This document shows positions 32,822 to 43,900 of a stretch of DNA of 64,000 nucleotides, one piece after another (the stretch's first letter is position 1; every line of letters starts with the position of its first letter). The translations under genes and the position numbers were made by a program. A model generated the notes under the pieces. The model made no database searches, was not told the DNA's origin, and saw only the letters and a list, made by a program, of their open reading frames with translations. The DNA lies in the NCBI GenBank assembly GCA_037447605.1, contig CM074804.1:6177909-6241908 (forward strand), read 5' to 3'. This DNA comes from Zygnema circumcarinatum SAG 698-1b. Taxonomy: Eukaryota > Plantae > Zygnematophyceae.

Positions 32822-35800
32822 ATGGCGAGCGCGGGGTCTCTTCGTCTGCACTCGAATTTCACGGGAGTCCCCTGCAGCACTTCGCAAGTCTGTGGCGCAA
32901 GTCGCCATGGGGCCGACAGTGTCCCGGCCTTGAGAAAACTCTTCTCTGTGCGGGCAGCTCTGGCGGTGGATGCGGGAAAGCTTTCCAAAATCATGGAGTG
33001 GGGGAATGGAAAACGCCTGCAGGTCGGATTGTCTCTGATCCTTCCAAGATTAAATTCAGAAGAGTCAAAAGCAAATTCTGGTGGTTTGATAAGTTACGGA
33101 GAAGATTTTTCTGGGCGGTCGGGTGCTTGGAACGTGCATAAAGCTGAAGCCACGTTGTGATTTCAGTGGTTTTCGAAGCATCTTGTTGTTTAAACTAGGT
33201 GAAAACAAATTCATGGTTGCTTTGCATGCTCACGGTTAACTTACTTTCATTTTTTAGGGCTTGCAAGCATGTAGCAGTGTCAAAACGGACGCACTACGAA
33301 ATGAGTCCGCCTTTTTAGTCCTCATGGAAGGAATTTCCTCCCGAGTTATTTTACATACATAGTTTGAAATTTTCTTTCAGTAGAGGAAAAAAGGTGAATT
33401 ATCTTGTTTGATTAGTGATCTTTTTATGCCCTTTCCTTTTGTGGGACAGGCACGTCTATTTTACTTAATTTCAATGTCCAGCGAGCACAATACACTAGCA
33501 GTCTCTAGCATTTACGTGGGCACTTCATTCGCATTGTTTTCGTCTTCCTGTCCTCCGGACGCGATTGCACCTCTGAGAAGTCTTCCATTGCGATGTTTGG
33601 TTGCTTTAGAAGAGTCGGGCATTTTGGAATACGCGCAACTGCATATGAAAGCTAGTAACCACGTGGCTAAACCAGTCGCGAAGCGTGACTAACCACATAC
33701 AATAAAGTTTGTTGGACAAGTTTGTAAGTGATTGGTGGGGCATTTTTTTTCTATCAGATAGAGACGGCTTAAAGGAATGAGCTTTAGCATTCCGAGTACA
33801 GTGCTCCCATATTGTGCTTTTGAGGATATAAAATGTCTATCCTTTCCGACAACTGATCTTCGGTTCACTTTCCCAATCTCTCTTGTCATTCGAAGATGTC
33901 ACTGAATTACTATCTACTGTTTAAATGCTACATTTGTTGACCGTGTTTTTTAATTCACAGATGATGTTAATTCCATTTCGTGTTTTTGTGTCAACAGTGA
34001 CAGTATGTAGGCTGCCGCATTCAGAGTTTGTGAATCAGTTTTTCTTGAAACGCTGTCTCGTTTTTACGGATGCTGGCTCTGATACTTTAACCTTGGCTGC
34101 GCTACAGACCCAGGTTCTTCCAATTGCACGGGACACCACCACCATTCGCTCGTTGGATTGGGACCGGGACCGTTTTGACATGTATGTCTATGCCTACTAA
34201 ACAAATAAGTTTTGCAATCTGCAATTTAACCTTATTTTGATTGAAGCAGGTTGTGCACATCATTTGACAAAGCTACTTTTGCCGGTTGCTTCCGCCATTA
34301 CGGCCTGTTTTACAAACTTGTTGAGTGTTGCAAAGGCTTTAAGATCAAGAAAGCTCTATTGGTTACCCCGTCACAAATGATACATCCCGTCCATTGAAGC
34401 GATGGGTTTGGATGGCATTCACTAGATGTAATGCCTACATCAAGGAAGTCTCTAATTTGGGCAATTTATCGTTGCTTTTGAAACTCCTCAATCGCCTTAA
34501 CTCTAAAGCTCTTCAACTTGAACATACCTTTTGCAATCCAGGACTCGGAATTGGCGTTGAGTCTACTTGTCTCAAGAGCAATCACATGCTTCTTCAAGGA
34601 TTTTTTTTTTTTTTTGCCTTTCGAAGTGCTCCGTTTCTTTTTCTTTCATGCCACCATTTCTGCTTCTAAGTCGCATTCTGGTTTTCTGGATGCAGTGAGT
34701 TCGGCTTGCAAAATGGAACAACTTACAATTCTTTCATTATTCAGGGGGAGAAGACAGCAATCATTGATGTATCACATGAGAAGTTTCAATCCCTCTACTT
34801 GGCAGCCCTCAAGAAGCAAATTGACCCAGCGTCGATTGACTACATCATTGCTAATCATACCGAGCCAGATCACAGTGGCCTAATTCCGGATTTGGTCAAT
34901 CTGGCGCCAAATGCCACAGTGCTGGGGTCGAGAGTGTGTATTCAGTTCTTAAAAAATTTGATCCTGCAGCCCTTCAAGAGCAAGGAAGTCAAGGTATGCT
35001 TCCTGGGCGGGCTATAAAGGAGTGAGGAGAATGGAATCACAATGGTCTACTGAAACGGGACGGGTCCAGTCTTGTAGCACAGCTGGGAGGATTTTATGGA
35101 CTTATTGTGGAATCTTGGCCAAGAGAATTTGTACTTTACATCTTTCCTTCCGGTGTTATGGAGACTCCCTGATTTGCGTTTGATATGAATCCCAGTGTGA
35201 ATGTGGGCCTGGGTGAACAGGGTGGTGAGGTCGTAGACTTGGGCAACGGTCACGAGCTCGAATTTGTTATGGCGCCAAACCTTCACTGGCCGGACACTAT
35301 GTTCACACTTGACCGTGGAACAGGTATCATGTACACATGCGATGCATTTGGAATGCACTACTGCACAGAAGCGGTGAGTTTTTCATTTTTTTTGCGGAGT
35401 AGCGCTTTTGGGGACAGCAAGCATTCGAAACATTGTATGATGCTATTTCCTTTTCAATCTAATCGATTTTTCTAGAGTAGTTACATGCTAGTGGCTGTGT
35501 CCTTTTAGCAAAACAATCCACCTATTTTAACTGGAAGCTGCGATTGTATTGGGGGCAGGTTTTTGACGAGGATTTCCTGACCCTCGAACCTCATTTTCGC
35601 TTTTATTATGATTGCTTGATGCGTCCCAATGCCCGCTCTGTACTCACGGCCCTCCGTAAAATCTCGTCGTGGGAGTATGGAGCTATTGCCACCGGCCATG
35701 GCCCCCTTCTGCAATACAACGTGACGGAGTTTCTCGGAAAGTATGAGTCGTGGTCAAAGGCAGCTTTGGAGAAGCAGACAGCAAGCGTGTTACTGTTGTA

Positions 35801-38800
35801 CGTCTCTGATTATGGATACAGCGACAGGCTGTCACAGGTACGTTGGCCTCGTAAAATTATCGATGTGCAGCAAGTGGCTTCATTCAGGGATTCATCCGGG
35901 AATTGGATTCATGCTGCACACTGAGAGTTTTTGCAAGTGATTTGAAATGGATTCGTTTTCATGAGGAGTAGTACAGGAATGAAAACAGAAGGTACATTTG
36001 CTCTTTCAAGTGTGTACGTGGGCAGTCTATGAAAGAAGACGACGACTGGGGAGGGCCGCTTTCTGACAGTGTCTTTTTGAAATTGTTGCACATGAAATGG
36101 AAAAATTGCAAGTCGACGTGTTTAGAGCTGAAGGTCTTAAATTTCTGAAAGCGATTCCCTCCCTCATGAGAATTTTTCAGTTACAGAATCCCTTCCTTTC
36201 TGTCGTGCTACAAAATCGCTTCTGTAAATGAGTGAATCATCGTCTTCTTCTTGCAACCTTTAGTGCTTCTGAGGTCACCACGTGGCTTTTATGTTTAATT
36301 CTTTACTTGGAGCACGGTGACCATTCAGGCCATCGCGCGTGGCATCACGAAGACCACTGCTGGTGTGGAGATGGTCGACCTCAACACGGCGGAAACACAA
36401 GAGCTTGTGGAGGCCGTCGGCCGTAATGCGGCAGTCGTGGTCATGGCGCCGCCCACTTCCGGACCCGCCAGCAAAGCGGCATCTACTCTTCTTTCATCAT
36501 TAAAGGCAAAACAGGTACATTATGAGGGAGCTGCGTGTGAATTGCAAGGATAACTGTTCGCAGCTTTGTTGGAGGATTGACAAAACGACTTCAGGGGATT
36601 GCCTTCTAACACTGCAGAGGAGTGTAGGGGATGGAGTACAAAATTCTCTGTATAGGCTTTGGACTGCATAACAGATGCTTGTGATATATGGGCCAAGGTA
36701 ATCGACAGATCTTGCGTTGGTCGAAATCAGCACTTAGTGTCTGATAACCCTTCGTCGCCGCCAGATTATAGCTCACAACTTTTTTCTCGTTAATGTGGCA
36801 CAGGCTGTTGTCGTTGCTGAGTCTTATGGTGGAGATGATGAGCCTGTAGACACCCTTTTGGCACGCTATATGGACCTTGGAATCAAATCACCTATTTTAC
36901 CTCTGCGTGTGAAGGAAGCCCCGTCAGAAGCCACGTGAGTAACCGTCAATACTAGATCTCGCAGCCCTGCATTGTACTGTTAACATTCTATGTTGGGTAC
37001 TGGTGGCTTGATGTGCAGGACACTAGCTCATTTTCCTTTATTCTGCTCCCAATCTTCAGTTAAATGATCTTGAATGATTTTGACTAGGGCTTTATCAAAG
37101 AGTCAAGCAGGTCTTCTCCATCGCCTATTTTTTTTCAGCCCAAAATGTCATGCTTATTTGTCTGTCAGTGGCGGCTGTTTTTGTTAAGTAATACATTGAA
37201 GTCCTTCACTCACCAAGAGTAAAACGCCACGCACACAAAAAGCGGACATGGATGTGAAAAAAAAAATTTGTTATTTTTCTGTTTACCTACTGCACTTACG
37301 GTTTACACATAGAATTGCGTTCGACATTCAGGTATCAAGAGTTTGAGGAGGCTGGCACGGATCTTGGCCAGCTTCTGACTCAAAAGAAGGCGATGGAGGC
37401 CCGTCGAAGCAGCATGCCTGCCAACATCGCAAAAGCCATTGCCCGGGTCTCGGGAGGCCTGTACATCGTAACGGCCACCAAGGGTTCATCTCGCGGAGCT
37501 ATGGTTGCCTCATGGGTTTCGCAGGTATGCTGGCTTGTCTGCATTCCAAGAAGTCACCATCGTACTCTCCTTTCACCGGAAGGTTAAAGCGGGAAATGGT
37601 TTCAAAATGAGTTCGTCGGCAGGGGTCAGCTAGCTCACGATGTATTGTGTTCAAATTGCACCGACAGCAAATTGGTCAGACACATTGCAAGGCTGTTTGC
37701 TCCGACGTCACTTCCGATATACTCACAATGAAAATGTATACTTTTGCCAGTTTGTATGCCATTGCCAGTACGCATAGTAGCAAATAGCTAAATGCGTGGA
37801 TCTGCAAAGGGTATTCCGGTTGGTAGAAATCACTAGGTCCGTCCTCGTCCGTTTTGCCTCAGTAATGGACTTCTGTTGAGTGCGACCAGTTCCTCATTGC
37901 TCGCACCTGCGCATTGAACTCGAAGGTGGGATTGTTGCTCTTTACGTCGAGTATGACCTCATCAAAGAGGAAATGACACTCTTCTTATTGAGTTGCGGGT
38001 GGTTGATTTGGTGCTTTGGAGGTGTGCAGGCCAGCTTCAAGCCGTTAGGAATCACCATCGCTGTTGCGAAGGATAGGGCTATTGAGTCCTTGATGCAGGT
38101 GAGTGAAGGGCCTTCTGAAATCAGGAGCGAAGAAATGCTACATTTCAGTTAGTAACGTGACCATTAAGCGTAGGCTGCAGAGTCTTGATGTAGGCTCAGC
38201 AAATTGATGGCCAATGATTGTCACTCTTTTTTATTACCTTGCAGGTAGGAGATACTTTTGTCCTGAACTGTTTGGAGGAAGGCAACTTTGCACCTCTGAT
38301 GAAACATTTCTTGAAGCGATTTCCTCCAGGAGGTGAGTATTTGATCATACCTGAATGGCAGCTGTTTCAAGCTATGTGGGCTGCAATGGGCCTAAGAAGG
38401 GTGGAGAGGACAAACTGTACTATCTCAAGGTTGTGACTGGAGAAAAGCGGGAGCAATACTCTTTCTATGTGACAGTGGGACGAGGATTTATCCAAGCATG
38501 GAAGTTCATGGACAGTTGGGAACCCGAGAAATGTTCTGAACATTTTCATGCTGTTATTGGACTCGTGCTGGAATGTTCTTCTGTCAATAAAGCACCTGGT
38601 CCTTTAATCATAGGTCATGCAGGTTTTGTCCGTCTCTGAATGCCTGCCTGCTTTTTCACGAAGACAGGAGACATTTAGCACAATGCAAGCTCATAGAAGA
38701 CATGTTGTACTACTCTGTTGCATGCACAAGGTCAGTTCGTAATGCGGTCGGTCTCCATGTGGCCAGTCACGGCTGGCCAGTTAGTTCTCCTCTAACTCGC

Positions 38801-39040
38801 CGCGCTGTGCGCTTGCTTGCTTGCTCGGCAGCGGACCGCTTTGAAGGGGTGCAGTGGGCGCCTGCGCTGAATGGTTCGCCTATTCTGACGGAATCCTTGG
38901 CGTTCATGGAGTGCAAAGTGGTGAGCCGCATGGAGACAAATGACCATTGGATCACCTATGCGGAGGTGACAGATGGAAACGTGTCAAAGGCAGAAGGCAG
39001 GACAGCCGCTCACCACCGCAAGATTGGTGATTACTATTGA
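32822..39040 (+). CDS. FLVB: Chloroplast class-C flavodiiron protein, Flv3/FLVB type; 11 exons ~32822-33022, 34108-34181, 34696-34993, 35221-35373, 35559-35837, 36329-36513, 36804-36934, 37332-37524, 38030-38098, 38245-38332, 38832-39040
   Basis: Transit-peptide-like N-terminus (MASAGSLRL...VRA), KRLQ|TQVLPIARDTTTIRSLDWDRDRFDIEFGLQNGTTYNS, canonical diiron ligands HTEPDH, PNLHWPD, CDAFG and TGHG, a flavodoxin domain, and a C-terminal flavin-reductase domain (SGGLYIVTA...DHWI.Y...AAHHRK). Confidence 0.96.
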
Positions 39041-40054
39041 ACGAGCCGAGCAGGGTGGGGGCTGTACAGAGAGAGGCTGATGTTGAGGTGGCTGTGCGTG
39101 CGGTGGTGGGAGGGAGCTGCCTTCTGTCGTGGGCTCAGCGGGGGCCGTTTGTGAGAGTAGTGTCAGTTACATTTTGGGCGACTTTTCGAGGGTTCGCAGC
39201 GGGTTCTGGAGCTGGCGTTTCGCTATGTTTGTGTGTGCTTGTGTAGTGTGTGTCTACAGCCGGAGGAAGCTGTCTATGAATATAATCGATCTGAGGAACG
39301 AGAGGACTGGCAGTCCTCAAACATATTGTGGAATTATTATATTATTGGCTTTGAAATGTAGATTTGTGATTACTATATTTCATCAGAATGAGCTTGCGGA
39401 TACTGCCTGGAGGTGGGGCTCTGTCGTGTGGAAATGTTGTGGCACCTGCGCGAGTCGTTGTCACCAAAGCATGCATCAGTCAGTCAGTCTGCGCGAGGGC
39501 ACGACGACCCCATTCTCAACGTTACTGTGCTGTGCCCCTGTCCGCACTGGCAGGCAGGCAGGCAGCAGCGTTCCGTACGGTCAGCGCCGTGACAGCGAGT
39601 CCGCGGGCCGCACAGGTGTAGCGTAACGGAGCTGCGTTCGACGGATCCGCGCCCGTTCAGTTGTACTTGACATGTTCATATTCAGTGTCACGGACCGGCC
39701 TGATCCAGGAATTGCCGACGGAAAATGCGAGACGGCGGCGCCATTTGTTGGCGGCCCACGGGACAGCACACCATCCAGCTAGGCGCACTCGGAAGCGCCG
39801 CAAGATGCCGCCGATTGTCATCAGTTGACCTATCCGAAGGCTCCACGCAGTCAGTCAGGCCACTCAGTGGGCAGTTGGCCAATCAGGGACTGTCACTACT
39901 AAGGCTCAAGATCTATTGTCAGTGTTAGGTAGATGGGATGTCAGTGATGCTTGTTTGTCTTTTAGTGCTGGGCTTAGTATTTGTATTTGCTGTGTGGTTT
40001 GTTGTCTTGTTCTTCTCTTCTTCCTCTTCAGTTCCAGCAACAGATGCTAAGTGT

Positions 40055-40110
40055 GAGAGAGAGAGAGAGTTCCATGCCATAGATAGAGAGAGAGAGAGAG
40101 AGAGAAAGAG
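40055..40110 (+). repeat. (GA)n microsatellite, interrupted
   Basis: Two GA runs read directly. Confidence 0.9.
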
Positions 40111-40562
40111 TCTTCTTGCTGATAGCATTTAGACGTCCCATTCAGCCCAGCTAGACAAAGATTTCAGTGAGAAGATCCTTTCATTGTAATGACTATCCCC
40201 AGCCAACCGCTGGCTGGGGTGACTTTCCAAAATACAACCTTTATCTAAATGGAGTCCTGTTTTCCCTTTGCGGTCATTATGCCAAGCTACTATCCTATTC
40301 TATCCTGCCTTGCATCCCTCCCAATGACCAATGATAACTAGAAGCCTAGCTAAGAGACTAGCCGAGGAGAGGACAGGGGAAGAGAGCCCCCAAGGAAGGG
40401 CTCTTTGCGCATCGAGTCCAGCCGCCGGTGGGAACATCTTCAGGATCCCTACGTCTTCCGCTGCGCGTACCTCTGAGTCTCCCGGATCCTGGCTCTATGC
40501 TGCAGGCAGACCCACAGAACCAACCCAACCCTTCATCAGTTTCAGCACGGACGCGCGAGTGG

Positions 40563-40947
40563 CCGTACAGCACCTGCAACTAGCTCAGCAGTCTCCTTTT
40601 AACCCCACTTATCTTTGTGCTACACAGGCCTGGCGGTGGACCGTACGATTCGTACGGAGAACGGCGGGCCGAAGCTGCCATGCGGCAGCCGAGGCGGGCG
40701 GGCCCGCCTCCCGCGGGGTGTCCGTACAGTCAGTCAACCGCGCGTCGGCGAGCGTGGGCGAGTCTTTCGCGGAAAGTTTGGGCGGCGTTGACCGCGACCT
40801 GCGCTGCACGTCGAATTCGTACGAACACGTACGGACGGTGTGTGCGCTGCAGTCGAAGTGGCGCGACGAGGTTTTCATTTGCGGTTGTGTCCTTCGGGAG
40901 GGAGGGAGGCAGGCAGGGAGGCAGGGAGGCAGGCAGGGAGGCCCTCC
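40563..40947 (+). promoter_or_regulatory. Six CGTAC/GTACG motifs (40563-40834) followed by a (GGAGGCAG)n leader (40898-40942) upstream of the aspartic protease ATG
   Basis: Motifs at 40563, 40641, 40651, 40722, 40818 and 40828; the repeat abuts the ATG at 40948. Confidence 0.5.
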
Positions 40948-43900
40948 ATGTCGCCGCACAGACAGCTGCTGCTGCAGCAGCTGCTGCTGCTGCTGCTGCT
41001 GCCGGCCCTTCTCGCGGCTTCGACATGGCGCGCTGTTTCGGCCGCCCGAGAGAGTGGCACAGTAAGTGCGCCTGCCGCGCGCCCCCAGCATGCATCAACG
41101 AAAACGGTGCTCCTGAAACTGAAGCTTCTGCAATCACGTGCAAGTTTGCTTCGTTGCTGATAACTTAGAACTGATTTTTTCTTTTGTTTTTGAAAGCTCT
41201 TTATTTTTGCCGAGGTAAATGCTGACGATAACTAAGGTCCTGTTGTTTAGCACTCCAGGAATTGGTTGCTGGTCTGCGTGCCTGAATCGGCAAAAGGAGC
41301 GCTTTTTATTAATGTAGTGGCTGCTATAGAACCTTATAAGGAACATGAAACGGCTGAAATGCTTTGGGGCTTTTTTTCGCATGCTTCAGTTATCTCTTCT
41401 TCTATAGCATATTTTTAGCAGAGTCTATCCGCTGCTATATAGAGATTTGTTTGGCCTTGCTGCAGTAGGTCATGCTTTAGGCCCTGCTATGGTAGTCTTC
41501 TGGTTAGTCGAGCAGACAGGACCTTTTGACGAAGTGTGCGTTCAACGGTTTGAACCGCATGTATACTCCGTGCAAGGCTCTTTCGCAAGCTTCGAAGGAG
41601 CCTGGTGATCCCTCTAATGTTCCTTTCCGGTCATACCTCACTGGGGGAAGTTGAGAATGCTTAGGTAGCTAATCGCGACTATTCGACTGCTCTCCCTTCG
41701 CTTGCTTGAAAGCGAGTGCAGAAAAAATCACTACATCACATAGAGTTCTTCTGAGACTTATTATCTTGTTGTTAGTGTAGGATGGGAACCAGCTGCGAGG
41801 ACAAGTCGGAAGTGGCACTGGGAACATGAGGGAGGCTCCGGCATGGCTTCAGCAGGAGGCCCCAGGACTTTACTTCCCTATCGCACACCGTTCGCGTGTC
41901 GAGCCCGTAAGCTGGGAACCGCCTCTTGACATTTTTAGATAAAACTAAAAACATGCAATGTCCGGTTAAGAAAGTTCAAAAAGTAATGGATTAAATGCGG
42001 ACGATGTAAGTGAGTATGCAACGTGAAGATTTTGGAGAAGGCCATCATCGCGCAATCATGCAATTAATGGAATTTATGGTGTGAGTAATGCTTCGTTTTT
42101 CTATGAAATAGCGAAACATGTGATGATCAGACGCCTTTACAAGAGGTATGTTGGATAGGAAAGCCTAAGGCTTTGCTGGTGGGCTTTCCATCAATCTGGC
42201 AATTTGGCATCAACCTGTAAGTAGGAGGTGCAGTGTTAGATTTTGTCTGGATGAAGCATCCTTGTGTCGCATGCATAGCATAGGAGAGAGAGGGACAAGT
42301 AGACCACTTGTCAGCCTTGAAAGCAAGCTTTTTCAAGAACCTGGAACTTCAATTCTTTTAAACCTTTCCTGTGCTGCAGGATTTTCCAATTTTTCGTGCT
42401 TCCAGAGGGAGGCACTTAGCTGAGTCACAAGTCTCATGGAAGTTGACCAAGTTAGAGAATCCTCTGTAAGTGTTTATCATCAATTTTGATTTATCGTCCA
42501 ATCCACGCGGGGGATAGATAGAGAAGGCAGAACGAAGTGTTGGTTGGGCTAATTTATCCGCTTACAGAATCTCATCTATGGTCCTTGCTGCCACGTTTTA
42601 CTGTGAAATGAGGTAACTTCGTGCCAACGTTGGCTTCATGTATTTACAAACTTGTTTCAGAAGGAGTTCGGTTTGCGAAGTTAAGGAACTGAAAGCTACA
42701 GATTTTGCTGCATTCAACAGTTCAAGAGTGTAAAAAAAAATGAAAAAATAAATAAAGAAGAATAAATAAACAAACAAATACTGAACGCCATTTTTGCCTT
42801 TCACGAGAGCAAGCAACATGAGAGCGTTGAAGTTGAAACTATTTTTCAAAGCAAAGTTCCAAATGGAGAAGGAAAGAACCCGGCTGCTTATCCTAGGTCT
42901 GATCAGTGAAAGCAAACTTGCAGGTCTTACTACACCACAATATCACTTGGGACAGGAGGTCAAGTTTTCAACGTCCTGGTGGATACTGGGAGCAGCCTCC
43001 TGTGGGTCCAGTGCAACTGCCTTAGCTGCAACAATGACACAGACTCCACACTGGTAAGCCTCTTTTCAATGATGATATCTACCTTGGAAAGTGTGTGACG
43101 GCTACAACATCCAGTCAACCAGAGTCAGCAGCATCCACCATGCAAAAGGAAAATGCAACAAGAGATTTCTCTAGACTTTTTGACGGCCGTTATGGTGGTA
43201 TGGGGAGTAAGGAAGGATGTTGGACAAATTAGTCTCGCATGACACCATTCGTGTTGGTCTTGCTTCTTGCAGCCTCAAAATCCAGCCTACAATTCAAGTC
43301 TCTCTTCAACGGAAAATGTCCTTACATGCGCTGGAAGGGACTGTCAAACTCTAGCTCGATATTATTCTAATTCGTTTGGTTGCGATATACCTGTCCCAAT
43401 TCCAGAGTACAACTTCGCAGGAGTGTCGAATTATTGCGAGTATGTAATACAATATCTGGACACGAGCTACACTTGGGGGAATGTCTTTACAGACAGTGTG
43501 ACTGTGACTTTGACCAACGGCTCCGTCGTCATGCCGAAAGTCATGTTTGGGTAAAGCCTTAACAGAAGCCTTCTCAGTGTCTTAGGTGTTGATGATGCGG
43601 CAATGTAGGCAACAATGTAGGCGAGACTATTGTGGATGATCACTTGAAAAAGATAGCAAAGCATTGATTTGATTCTCTAATTCAAACAACTGGCTGTGCC
43701 TGACTGTCAGGTAAGAGTGACAATGAATTTGAAGTAGTTGTGGTGGCTTGCTCCGTCCTGTTTGTAAGAGAAAATTTATGGGCAAGCGTAAAATTTGCAG
43801 GTTATGCTTTGCTAGTCACTCTCATTCTTCACCCTTAGGAAGCATGGGGATACTCACGATGGTTCTATAGCTGATTGCATGTGCAGATGCGGACGAATTG

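Noticed and set aside
40185-40624. Possible solo LTR (TGTA...TACA) with an MITRS-starting ORF and a 9-bp hairpin
   Set aside because: There is no matching TSD, second copy, PBS or PPT; it may be a decayed TE but cannot be supported.
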